Origin: Stegostoma tigrinum | Lineage: Eukaryota | DNA length: 64,000 nt | Reading direction: 5' to 3' | Assembly (NCBI RefSeq): GCF_030684315.1 | Contig: NC_081360.1 | Location: forward strand, 76,559,780-76,623,779 | Shown here: piece by piece, positions 40,444 through 52,214 of the stretch | Layout of the letters: every line of letters begins with the position of its first letter | Numbering within the stretch: position 1 is the stretch's first letter | The notes under the pieces: model-generated | Database searches by the model: none | Told to the model about the DNA's origin: nothing | Seen by the model: the letters and a program-made list of their open reading frames with translations, nothing else | Made by a program: the position numbers and the translations under genes

Positions 40444-41400
40444 TTAGGGAGGTAGAGACAGGTTGGACTGGTTTTGGGATGCAGTGGGTGGGGGGGAAGA
40501 GCTGGGCTGGTTGTGTGGTGCAGTGGGGGGAGGGGATGAACTGGGCTGGTTTAGGGATGCAGTAGGGGAAGGGGAGATTTTGAAACTGGTGAAGTCCACA
40601 TTGATACCATATGGATGCAGGGTTCCCAGGCGGAATATGAGTTGCTGTTCCTGCAACCTTCGGGTGGCATCATTGTGGCAGTGCAGGAGGCCCATGATGG
40701 ACATGTCATCAAGAGAATGGGAGGGGGAGTGGAAATGGTTTGCAACTGGGAGGTGCAGTTCTTTGTTGCGAACTGAGCGGAGGTGTTCTGCAAAGCGGTC
40801 CCCAAGCCTCCGCTTGGTTTCCCCAATGTAGAGGAAGCCGCACCGGGTACAGTGGATGCAGTATACCACATTGGCAGATGTGCAGGTGAACCTCTGCTTA
40901 ATGTGGAATGTCATCTTGGGGCCTGGGATGGGGGTGAGGGAGGAGGTGTGGGGACAAGTGTAGCATTTCCTGCGGTTGCAGGGGAAGGTGCCGGGTGTGG
41001 TGGGGTTGGAGGGCAGTGTGGAGCGAACAAGGGAGTCACGGAGAGAGTGGTCTCTCCGGAAAGCAGACAGGGGAGGGGATGGAAAAATGTCTTGGGTGGT
41101 GGGGTCGGATTGTAAATGGCGGAAGTGTCGGAGGATAAAGCGTTGTATCCGGAGGTTGGTAGGGTGGTGTGTGAGAACGAGGGGGATCCTCTTGGGGCGG
41201 TTGTGGCGGGGGCGGGGTGTGAGGGATGTGTCGCGGGAAATGCGGGAGACGCGGTCAAGGGCGTTCTCGATCACCGTGGGGGGAAAGTTGCGGTCCTTAA
41301 AGAACTTGGACATCTGGGATGTGCGGGAGTGGAATGTCTTTTCGTGGGAGCAGATGCTATAATTTTTGTGCACATAGACTGTCATGTAAGCAAATCTCAT
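40444..41400 (-). CDS. Chimeric 318-aa ORF: ~15 aa from captured DNA fused to the PLE RT C-terminus, Zn-linker and GIY-YIG endonuclease
   Basis: Open frame from the ATG at 41400 (MRFAYMTVYVHKNYS|ICSHEKTF...). No evidence of expression. Confidence 0.4.
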   Translation of the reverse strand: MRFAYMTVYVHKNYSICSHEKTFHSRTSQMSKFFKDRNFPPTVIENALDRVSRISRDTSLTPRPRHNRPKRIPLVLTHHPTNLRIQRFILRHFRHLQSDPTTQDIFPSPPLSAFRRDHSLRDSLVRSTLPSNPTTPGTFPCNRRKCYTCPHTSSLTPIPGPKMTFHIKQRFTCTSANVVYCIHCTRCGFLYIGETKRRLGDRFAEHLRSVRNKELHLPVANHFHSPSHSLDDMSIMGLLHCHNDATRRLQEQQLIFRLGTLHPYGINVDFTSFKISPSPTASLNQPSSSPPPTAPHNQPSSSPPPTASQNQSNLSLPP

Positions 41401-41742
41401 GTGACAAATTTGGAATCTTTGAATTCTTAGAGACTTTTGTGTACGTTCCTTCTCGTTGAAAGAGAAACTTCAAAAAGATCTGTTTTGATGGCCACTTTCA
41501 GGCCAAAAATGTAATGTGAATATCTTCAGAGACCAACGTAACTGAAAGAGCGTCTTTCTCAATCACTGTGTACTATGTTTCTGTAACACAATGCTTCTGA
41601 TGAGTGATGAGTTAGCTTGTGACACCCTTTTGGCTGCTCCTGGAAATCTACTGCTCTGAAATTAGTAGCTAAAGATTTTGATGCTATTATCATTAGAAAT
41701 TGAGGATTATAATCTGTCTTCTGAAAAGCATTCGCATAATGA
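41357..41742. repeat. 386-bp inverted copy of 42837-43222
   Basis: No mismatch found on manual reverse-complement comparison. Confidence 0.95.
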
Positions 41743-42004
41743 CGTCAGCTTTTGTGCTCCTGAGATGCTGCTTGGCCTGCTGTGTTCATCCAGCCTCACA
41801 TTTTATTATCTTGGAATCTCCAGCATCTGCAGTTCCCATTATCAGTGTAGCATTTAAGGCTGGGTTACTGTTTTCAAGCCTGATCATACAATCCAAATTT
41901 GTTTTCAATCAAACGGCCCAAGGTGTTAGAGAAATATACATTTGGTGAGAGTGTAGCTGAACTATCCAAGTGAAACAAAGCTCGAGGCAAATAATGGATT
42001 TTTT

Positions 42005-42325
42005 TTTGAATTTGTAGGATGAGGGCATCACTGGCTAGGCTAGCATTTATTGCACAGTGGGCTGTCAAGAGCCAACCATGTTGCTGTGCTTCTAGAGTGA
42101 CTTATAAATCCGACCAGATAAGAAAGGAAGTTTCCTTCCCTCAAGAACATTAGTGAACCAGATAGGTTTTCCTGACAGTTGACAAAGGTTTCATTGCCAT
42201 CATAAGATCCTTAATTCCAAATTTTTATTAACTTTAGATTTCACTGTCAGCCATGGTGGGTACCATTCTGGGTTACTAGAATGGGTTACCTGGGTCTCTG
42301 GATTTGTAGGCTAGTGAAAATACCA
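42005..42325 (-). mobile_element. Decayed SINE with L2-like tail (SacSINE1/DeuSINE-like)
   Basis: gggcatcactggctaggctagcatttattgc...aacattagtgaaccagatagg...ctgggtctctggatt. Reverse-orientation homologue of 58.4-58.75 kb. Confidence 0.55.
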
Positions 42326-42449
42326 TGAGGATTAATGGATTCTGCCAAATACTGCTGGATGAACATTCAAGATTTTGGAAGCACATTTACAATTTTTTTG
42401 GAAGGTGTCATTTTAGTAGATTAGCATTTGCAATCACCTCTGCTCCAAA

Positions 42450-44080
42450 GATTTTACAATTAACTATGATCAACATTTATCAAAGACTTCATGCTAAGTC
42501 ACATGGATGACATAGAGTTCCGTTGGACAACGGAGAAATGACATAGAGTATGCTTGATGTTTAGGAACATTTATGAGAAAATGGCCTCATGCTTAATGAA
42601 AACTGTAAATTCTCCAAAGAAATTATTCTTTTTTGTTTGGACACATTGTCAGTATTGAAGACATATGGGCTGATCCTCAGAAGGCTAAAACCATTACAGA
42701 GTTCCACAGTCCAAAGTCAAGTTGAGGATATTCAAAGGTTCTTGTTTATGGTAAATCAGGTGAAGAAATATTTTTGCCTAAGCAGGCTATCATTACAGAA
42801 CACTTGAGACAAATCACAAGGTGGGGATTTGAATACTCATTATGCGAATGCTTTTCAGAAGACAGATTATAATCCTCAATTTCTAATGATAATAGCATCA
42901 AAATCTTTAGCTACTAATTTCAGAGCAGTAGATTTCCAGGAGCAGCCAAAAGGGTGTCACAAGCTAACTCATCACTCATCAGAAGCATTGTGTTACAGAA
43001 ACATAGTACACAGTGATTGAGAAAGACGCTCTTTCAGTTACGTTGGTCTCTGAAGATATTCACATTACATTTTTGGCCTGAAAGTGGCCATCAAAACAGA
43101 TCTTTTTGAAGTTTCTCTTTCAACGAGAAGGAACGTACACAAAAGTCTCTAAGAATTCAAAGATTCCAAATTTGTCACATGAGATTTGCTTACATGACAG
43201 TCTATGTGCACAAAAATTATAGATGACGGCAGATGTGCCCTCAAGAGTGACAGGTAACAACTGAATGAATTATGATGTGATTTCATTCACAGAAATATAA
43301 GAATACGCTTGGTGCATGGCAGAACAAGGGCCAGCAAGTCACAATTGAATCAAATAGATTCAATGAGAACAAAATAGATTCATAATGTCTCAACATTTTC
43401 CAATGTTGCACTGATTGTTTAGCCATTTCAAAGACCCACAACATAGTCATGAAACTGCATTTACCATTGTTGATGACTTACTGACATATGATAAATGATG
43501 GGTCAGGGCAAATTTACTTTCAGAGCATTTCTCAGCAAAGCTGCACCAAAAGCATTTGGTTGTCACCAAGAGGCCCAGGATCTCTACAGGCATTGAGGAA
43601 CTCATTACAGATAGTGAGGCATGTGATGTCCACAGGCCAGAACAAATAGAACTCATTATATCTATCAAGTTTCCAAACAGACCTTGGGAATACTTGGGAA
43701 TATTCCAAATAGACCTTGGGGTAGTTTTGTTTTTATATTTCATGTAAAGTCTTATATTATCCTCATTTAGTATTTCACCTCAGGGGTCAAGGAGTAGAAA
43801 TCGCCAGTTTTGGATTTGAACATGTTCAAAATTCACTGCAATACCCATAATTTAACAGCGAGGTAGAAAGTGGGATGAGAACAATTAAGTTGCTCTTGAA
43901 GAAATCTTACTCCTACAGAGGAATGTGACTTATTTGTCTGCCTTATTTCAACGTGATCTTACGTAATCAGAGTTACTAATGTTCAGAACACAAAGACTCA
44001 GTTCCCTATTGTGCCTAAGAAATTAGCTCTGCACTTATGCCATCATTACCAAGCAGTAGATGATAAAAAAACCAAAAAAC
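42450..44080 (+). mobile_element. Decayed Ty3/Gypsy LTR-retrotransposon pol (RT end, RNase H, integrase)
   Basis: Remnants QRFLFMVN (RT end), EKDALSV...KTD (RNase H), EELITDSEACDVHRPEQ..PNRPWEYLG..DL (integrase zinc finger and core start) and a P..N.E.E...RTIKLLLKK-like motif. Confidence 0.65.
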
Positions 44081-44104
44081 CGAGAAACGTCTAAAATTTT
44101 AACA

Positions 44105-45065
44105 GCTTGCCTTCACTGGTCAGTACACTGGATATCGGAGTTGGGATGTTCAGGGCATTGGTTAGGCCACTTTGGAATACTGCATTCAGACCTGGTCTCC
44201 CTGCTATAGGAAAGATGTTGTTAAACTTGAAAGGGTTCAGAAAGGATTTGCAAGGATGTTAACGGAATTGGAGGATTTCAGCTACAGGGAGAGGCTGAAT
44301 AGACTAGGGATTTTTTTTTCCCCTGGAGTGTCAGAGACTGAGGAGAGCCCTTATAGAGGTTTATAAGATCAGGAGGGGCATGGAAAGTGTGAATAGCCAA
44401 GGTCTTTTTCCTAGGGAAGGCGAGTCCAAAACTAAAGTGCATATGCTTAAGGTGAGAGTGGAAAGACTTAGAAAGGATTTGAGATACAACCTTTTCATGC
44501 AGAGGGTGGTGCATGTATTGAACAAGCCGCCAGAGGAAATGGTAGAGGCAGGTAAAATTACAACATTTTGAAAAAAACATCAAGTTGGGTACACCTACAG
44601 GAAAGATTTAGAAAGATATGGGCCAAGTGCTGGCAAATGGGACCAGATAGGTTTAGGATGCCTGGTCAGCGAGGATAAGTTGGATTGAAGGGCCGTTTTC
44701 TAACACTATGTTCAATAACACTATGGCTCAGCAGAGAAAATTTAAAAGGGTTGTTCCCAATGGCTGGGGAGTCCAGAACAGGGTATCACAGTCTAAGGAA
44801 ATGGGAGAGGCTATTTAAGACTGAAATGAGAAGAAATTTATTTACCTAGAAAGTGGTGAACATTTGGAAATCTTTGACACAGAAAGCAGCTGAAGCTAGA
44901 ACATTGAATGTTCGCAAGAAGGAGTTAGATCTCGGTCTTGGAGATAAAGTGATCAAAGGGTGTGTGAAAAAGCAGGAGATGGGGTACTGAGTTGGATAAT
45001 CAGCCAGAATGATATTGAATGGCAGAGCAGGTTGGGGCTGCTGAATGGCTAACTCCTATTTTCTG
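44105..45065 (+). mobile_element. Two adjacent CR1 3' fragments (about 44105-44710 and 44740-45065)
   Basis: LEYCIQTWSPCYRKDVVKLERVQK and FMQRVVHVLNKPPEEMVEAG, with two separate CR1 3' UTRs. Confidence 0.85.
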
Positions 45066-46791
45066 TTAAAGTTTCTGTTTTTGGAGAATGATCCTATCAT
45101 GTTCATCAGACAGAACATTATAATAAACATTACTGCATGAGTTAGGGAACAGCGCACCTGACGGTGATCAGGTATTTAAATAGAAAAGGTACAATTGCCC
45201 AAAAAGATGCCAATTTATACTGTTAAAAAGGTTGCACAAAAAAAACAGGAACTTCAACTTTTATCCCGTTCTGATTGAGCCATCCTCAGATTATTGCTTG
45301 GAATGAACCAAATGGTAAACCTGACAACAGAGGAGCACCTTGGACATTAGGTTGTTTACACAATTTTCCAAGGCAATTATATTCTACCCAATAACTATCT
45401 TTCTTCCAAATCCAAAGAGAACATATTCAGGAAAGACAGTTAAGCATCCAGATAATCTAAATTTCTAAAATCAAAGATTTTGAGACAGATGGGTTGTGGC
45501 ATATATAATTATATAAACAAATAGAAATGATAATTACCATAATAAAGCTTGGGGTTGATGTTGCTTTTGATTCTGAAACAGTTAATACTTGTTTAACTGC
45601 AATAAGTACCATCCACCATGATAATGTCATAAACACTTAATGGGAGACAGGTCTAAAACGATGTCTTCCCAACAAACTCTAGAGTCATAGGGGTCTACAG
45701 AATGGAAAAGGGCCCTCCAACTCAACAGGTTTGTGTTGGTAAAAGGAAAACAAACATCTAACAATTTCAATCTTTTAATATTCCTATTTTCCAGCAGTCT
45801 GAATGTTGAAGATACTTCCATAGTGCTAGCAGTGAAGATCCCATGGAAATAAACTGTTTACTTCATGCTCCCAAGCTCATTGTTTCTTCACCCCAGTCAT
45901 TAATTTTCACCTCATATAGCTCTGTACCACCTGAAGTGGTTAAAATAGAAAACTATAAACTTTAGATAGGCCTGGGTAATTTCAGTTTAAATATGCTATT
46001 CCTTGAAGCATTAAACATTCTCTGCACCCACTCTTGTCTTTGTAGACCATCTTATAAAACTCATCCTTTCACTATTTTGTAACTTGAGTTCTCTATCGTG
46101 CTGCTACTTTTCCCTTTATCCAACAATTTCAACAGGATCATTGCATTGCCTGGAGTCTATTAAAATCTGCACATAATTGCAGAGATGCAATAAGCATTAT
46201 TTTGTTTTTCAAGGCTTTTTGTGTTAGATCAGAAGGTGGTTACCTTCACCCAAACTAGGCCATGCAAGTCCCTTAAGAACCCGTACACTGAGAGCTAGCA
46301 GCATAGGCAATGCATATCCCTTCCAAACAGCCATTCTTTCTACAAGCCCAGGGAATGCGTTGACAGAATATCAATGGAGGAAGATCTCCAGCCAAGTCTA
46401 ATGGTATACTCTGCTGGTATTAATACCTTCTAACCACATCAAGTGTGAACATCTTGGGTCATGAAACCTTTTTGCAACTCAGAGTTACAAGCTAGGGTTT
46501 TGTGCTTTTGCCTTTGTGATTTTCAGAAAATTTAAGTGTATGTTTGGAAAAAGTATGGATTAGAATGAGCAGGCATAGAAAACCATAGCCACTGAATCCA
46601 GTGAAGCAGTCTAATCTTGACAGAAATGCCAACTGTCAGGAGGAACAAGAACTGAACTTAGGACATCATTCATGATATTACTTAGTACCAAACTAAATGG
46701 CTTTTTATAACTGATTCACTGGGAGCTCACTGACTAGAATACATTCATATGCAAACTACATTAGCTTCAAAAGATGAATGTTAAAACTCAC

Positions 46792-46911
46792 GGCAATCAC
46801 TTTCGTCTTCTCCATCACCGCAGTTGTCTTGACCATTACATCTGAAGATGATTGGAATGCACCGTTTCTTCTGTGAACACTTAAACTGACTTGGGAGGCA
46901 AACATGTGTCT
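46792..46911 (-). CDS. LRP1B: LRP1/LRP1B-family coding exon: LDL-receptor class A repeat
   Basis: Acceptor attctttag|AG and donor TGC C|gtgagt. 120 nt, phase 1 to 1. (E)[39 protein letters not shown]. Follows a 113-nt intron. Confidence 0.93.
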
Positions 46912-47024
46912 CTAAAGAATTATGAATAAACACATTGTGGTCAATGTTCAAAACTGACCTCATACAAATGGCATCTAAATATTTTCTCAGTATAAAGTTG
47001 AACAATTTTAATGCAAATACTTAC

Positions 47025-47141
47025 CACAGTTTGCCTCATCTGAATTATCTCCACAGTCATTCTCACCATCACAGATGAAGGCAGGTTTAGTGCATATTCC
47101 TGTGCCACACTGAAACTGACCTGGTCTGCATTTAAATTCAG
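47025..47141 (-). CDS. LRP1B: LRP1/LRP1B-family coding exon: LDL-receptor class A repeat
   Basis: Acceptor acttctcag|CT and donor TGT G|gtaagt. 117 nt, phase 1 to 1. (P)[38 protein letters not shown]. Confidence 0.93.
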
Positions 47142-47564
47142 CTGAGAAGTCAAGGAAATGTTGCTTATAGAAAGAAAGAATTTTAGGACATTTGGAACAA
47201 TCACTGTGTGTATTGAAAAGTTAAGGAAAAAATGCAAAAGAGTTGTAATAGATTTCTGTTATCTTCAGAATTATTTCTATGCTGTCTTATAGCTCATGAA
47301 AGGAATGACACATTCTCATTTACAGCTTCTGCCATCTGTTTTGTTAACAATTTTGTCATCATATGGATACTTTCACACCATTGTTGGCACCAAAGAAAGT
47401 AATGACTGCATGTAAGGAGCAGGATGATGCAGTACCATTCCAAACAGGGCATTTATCTTGTATTAGCAAATATCTCGATTTGAAACTCCCCAATTATGTT
47501 AGAGATGGAATGGCAGATATTATTAAATACAAATATTTATGTCAAACTGATCAAAAATACTTAC

Positions 47565-47658
47565 GGCAGTATTCAGGTTCGTCTGATCCATCTCCACAGT
47601 CATCTTCTGTGTCACATTTCCACCAGAATGGAATACATTTGTCGTTGCTGCAGACAAA
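47565..47658 (-). CDS. LRP1B: LRP1/LRP1B-family coding exon: LDL-receptor class A repeat
   Basis: Acceptor ctcaacag|TTT and donor TGC C|gtaagt. 94 nt, phase 0 to 1. [31 protein letters not shown]. Not in the ORF track; read manually. Confidence 0.93.
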
Positions 47659-48727
47659 CTGTTGAGACAGTATCATGTACTTACAATACAATGAAGATAA
47701 TTAAACCTAATATGAAATGTATATTCATAGTCATACATTGCAGAACATAAGCAGCAACTTGGCACAGAAATTGAAAGGTGTTATTTTGGTGATACTCCTT
47801 GGCCAAATAATGTTTGGTCTCACTCAGATTTACCAAATTGGTGGATGTAATAAGCTGGAAAATTGCCTTGTGCATTATTCATAATAAGCACAAGGCCTTT
47901 CTCAACAAGGTGCAGATCTCTTGGGGTAATCTTTAAATCATTCATTTATTTACCTTTCTTATTTTTCACCCTATGCAAAAATAGTGACTCATGCTGCTCT
48001 TGGCTTTTTGAGTGTTTAATGCAATGCCATATCAGCCTAGTAGCATATTCTTCATCTGTGAGACTTGATAGCAAAAAGTGAAAGGCTAACTAATAACTGA
48101 GAACATTGCAGCACTTTCCCAGTTATGTTTTCATCCATTGTCTAGCGAAAAATGAGAATATTGAATGATTTTTCCTTTCCCTAACTGAAGATTCTGAAAT
48201 TAATTGGAATGTCCTACTAGCTCTCCTGCTGAAAGCTTGTGTTCATAAAATATTTAGTGCAGCCTAAGAAGTGGTCTGGAATGTCCTGACCTTTATGTGA
48301 AAGCAATGGAAGAGGATTCTAGTTCGGACATATCCACACTTTGAAGATCAAGCTGCTATGCAATAACTGTTAGTATCTCTCTGTTGCCCAAACACTTAAA
48401 TCACTTTCAAGTTTAATTGCTTCAGTACCACTGGATTTGACAAGTATACCAGCAAGAGAAAGAAAAAAACACCTATCTGATATCAGATCACATACAAATT
48501 TAGCCCCACATTTGATCACAAGCAATGCCTCCCATTCTAGATGAAGCTAACTAATAACAATAGTTGAGATTTGACTCTTTAAAAAATACATGAGATGCAA
48601 GTGGCATTGATAAGACCAGCATTTATTTTCCATGTCAAATTACTTTTGGAAAAAGTTGTAATTGCATTCTTGAACTATTGCCATCCATGTTGTGCAAGTG
48701 CTGTTGTACAGAAAGTTGATCCAGGAT

Positions 48728-49065
48728 CACAGTAGCCTTACAGTAGAGGCCATTTGGCAGAGAGAAGTTGCACTGAGCCTCTGAAGAACATTCCATACAG
48801 GCCCACCCCAGCCCTCACCCTATCCCTGTTACCCTCTGGGTTATGTTGGCTAATCCCCCTAGCCTACGCACGCCTGGGCACTATGGGGCAATTTAGTACA
48901 GCTGATCCAACTAACTTTCACATCTTTGGACTGTGGGAGGAAACCGAAGCACCCAACAGGAATTCATGTGGACAAACTCCGTACAGACTGTCATGCATAG
49001 AATTGAACCCAGGCTTCAGGGCACTGTGCGGCAGCAGTACTAACCACTGTGCCATTGTCTCACCC
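48728..49065 (-). mobile_element. tRNA-derived SINE (HE1-like) inserted in an L2-like relic
   Basis: Head reverse complement taaccactgtgccattgtctcaccc and core tgggaggaaaccgaagcacc. Possible TSD ccaggat at 48721 and 49064. Confidence 0.8.
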
Positions 49066-50430
49066 AGGATTTTGATACAGTGACAGGGAACAAGTGGTGA
49101 TAGATTAAGGGGACTGAGCATAGTGGTATTACTATTGAAACTAGCAATCCAGAAACTTGGACTGACATTCTAGAGAAATAAGGTCAAATTTGACCACACC
49201 ACCTGATGGAACTTTCAGTTGGTGAAGTTCTCATGCACCCGTTCCCCTTGTTCTTTTTGGTGCTAGAAATAGCATTTTAGAAGGAATTCTCAATCTACCC
49301 TTGGTGAGTTAAGACCTTAAGACGTAGGAGCAGAAAATGTATCCTATAAATGATACACATTGAACTACAACAACAAAATATCTAGAGTGGTGGCTGGAAT
49401 GCCAAACAACAGACTACTTCATCAAGGAATGTTGTTTAATTTCTTGAATGTTACTAAAACACTTCTTACTAACTAAGTGAAGGCTATTTTATCACACTCC
49501 TAGTAGCACCTTGTAGATGCTAGACAAGCTATGGGGAATCAAGACGTGAAAAGCACTGCATAGGATTCCCAATCTCTTACTGCTGTTGTAGTTACATTAT
49601 ATATGTGATTGGCACAGTTAATTTTCTGGTCAATGGTGATGCTCAGGATGTTGATAAAGGGCAGTTCACCAATGAACATGAAGGGGAAATATTTATATTC
49701 TCTCTGTTTGAGATTGTCAGTTTAATATATATGTGATGCAAGTTATGTCGTATCAGCCAGTTTTCAGCCAGTCAACTTTAGTTGTACAATAAGATTATTA
49801 CTGTAGTATGCTTACGAACCAATATTTCAATTGTTTCCATAGTTTCCATACCTTATGCCTGGTTCCATTTTAGACTAATTGATAGGGATTGATTGCTATG
49901 ATAACCTCATTATCATTGCATCATGCAACAAATAGAATTGTAGAAGCCAAACTTGATGTATAGCTTTCATCTATATCCAAAAAATTCTATTTGTAAGTGG
50001 GACTGCATTCCAAACTTACATTTTCACAGGAGCCGTGTAGATAGCTGTCTGTGCTGCTGGGCCTACAAACCACAGAATGCTGCAACTACTACAGTGAAAG
50101 GTTGGACATGGTTTACCTCCCTAAAACTAACCTGCACTGCAAGGGCACATTTAAAGTACACTCTGCATTTGTACAGGATCCATGATCAAATTCTCCTGCT
50201 AGCAATGCAGATGCCTTCTTCAGTATATTACAAAAAAACATATGTGCAGGGCAGCAGTCAGACACTCGTCAAAAAATCCATCTCAAACTGTTTAACATAG
50301 GCAATGACACTTTTCTACTGCGAGTTTTTCTGTGTGCAGGATTTTTAAAGCGACTTACAGGGTAATTACAGAAGATAAACTAATTGCACAGGGAATTTAA
50401 TGTATTTACATATATGTTTAAAGACAATAC

Positions 50431-50579
50431 CTGGCTTGCAGTACAGTTGGAAAGGCAAGTCCTGCCATCAGCAGCAAGGTAGAAGTTTGTCGGGCAGGCA
50501 CATTTGTATTTTCCTCCAGGTGACAGCAAACATAAATTGCTGCAACCTCCATTATTGACTTTGCATGGGTGACCAGGCA
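50431..50579 (-). CDS. LRP1B: LRP1/LRP1B-family coding exon: EGF-like module and start of the ligand-binding cluster
   Basis: Acceptor tgtctcag|TG and donor CAG|gtattg. 149 nt, phase 1 to 0. (V)[49 protein letters not shown]. Confidence 0.93.
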
Positions 50580-52214
50580 CTGAGACAAAGATAAAAAGAA
50601 ATCCTATGAGCTTTTAATCTGATGGACAGTGAAAACAAGTTGCGTACAAACATTTACAACTGGAAAACTTTGATGGTCCAAAATTCATAACATTAGAAAG
50701 TAGAACTGTAATTACAGTTTACAGACAATAATGAAACTGTATTATAGACGAGAGTTGTCTGCATGTTCTAACTAACGCGGGGACACAGTGATGATCATCA
50801 GCAAAAGACACCATTATCATTTCTGAGCCATTTCTGAGGCCATGGCTAGCGATGGAGCAGGAACCACTTGAGATGATAAACTCTTCAAACTCTTCTTTCT
50901 TACATCCCAAAGAAAGTTGCAGGTAATATAAGCATACACCTCTTTCTCCCTGCTTCTCATCATAACCTTACTCTTGTATGTTTTTTCTTTTTATATAACC
51001 AAAAAGTACAACCTGTTTAGGCAGTGGAAGAATAACAAGGAGGGGAGTGATGAAGAACAATCAAATTTTAATTTGCTATTTCTAGTTAACACTGTCATTA
51101 TAAACAGCTTGGAAAATAGCACAGAGGTGGTATCTGCATATGCTGAGGCAGTGGGACAAGGATATTTGCCAGATAGTGATGGTTCACATACATTCTGGTG
51201 GGGCCAACTCAGCAAATTTTCATTGAACAACAAAAGGAGAAGGTTGATGGGTGTATATATCAAAATGATTTGTTGCTACAGGCAACTTCACAACTATCGG
51301 CAATACTGTTGTTGTCTTACTTTGTGAATGAAATTTTGACTCTAGCAGTTGAGAGATTTCAGTGGTAAGTCCCTTAATGACAGCCAACATTTGAGGTATT
51401 TTTTTCTGAGTAGAGTTTCAGGAATGAAGTATTGTCCCCGAAATTTCTTGGCTGGAAACGGTGTCTTGTGAACAGCTATTCTACTTCTCCTCCCTCTTCT
51501 AGTAGTTTGTCCTTCACTGTGTGACCTCTCCCAGTCAATCTTGATAAAGGACAACACACAAATAGGTCCTATTGCTGAGAGCAAGTGATTTGTGCTGAAG
51601 CCTAGAGCTAGCGAAAAGGACTACAGCACTCCTTGTATTCCTGTAAAATTGAAACCTCTATTGAAAGCCCAAAATCATTTAGGAATTTAGCGACAGTTTG
51701 AGAATTCAACTAGAAACTATTTGCTAAGCAGTTGACAATTTCCTTGCTTAGCTAGGGGTGAGAATGAGGTGAGCTTCCTCACACTGCATAATGCATTTTT
51801 GCTGTAAGGTTAAAAAAGGCCATGAATCAGGGCAGGAAGCCTTAGAATAGAGGCATGTCTGTTAAATCAGTAATGACATGGTATGCTCGCTGTGGATGCT
51901 TCCAGCTCCCCATGTACAGGTGACATTGGTGTATTTCCAGTCAGAAGAAAGAGTACGTAATACAGGCTTGATTTTGGATCACTGATTGTACTCATGGCAT
52001 CTAAAATCCAGTGCTATCTAGCCAAACTGAATCTTACAAAATAGTATTACTCAGATTATACTACTGCTTCATGTTGGCTCCATTAAAGTGCACCCCTCAT
52101 ACCTATTATGTATTTGCTAATTTCACCAGTTTATGTCCTTCTGAAGTCTGTGACTATATTTGTCACTATTTATTATGTTGCCAAGATATTTTATAATATA
52201 CTTTGAAACAGAAT

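Larger units (their letters stand above)
40129..41842. mobile_element. Young composite Neptune-type Penelope-like insertion: inverted body (40129-41357, minus), captured local DNA (41357-41742), terminal fragment (41743-41842, plus)
   Basis: Perfect 16-bp TSD cagtgtagcatttaag at 40113-40128 and 41843-41858. The body encodes a Cys-rich linker and a GIY-YIG domain (CNRRKCYTC...VVYCIHCTRCGFLYIGETKRRLGDRFAEH). Confidence 0.95.

Noticed and set aside
40463-41430. Long plus-strand ORFs over the PLE copy (and the equivalent antisense ORFs at 60047-61129 and 2248-2739)
   Set aside because: Antisense shadows of a C-rich PLE coding sequence, with no recognisable domains.
41598-41640. CTGATGA heptamer inside the captured segment
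   Set aside because: No stem II followed by GAAA at the right spacing; a chance match.
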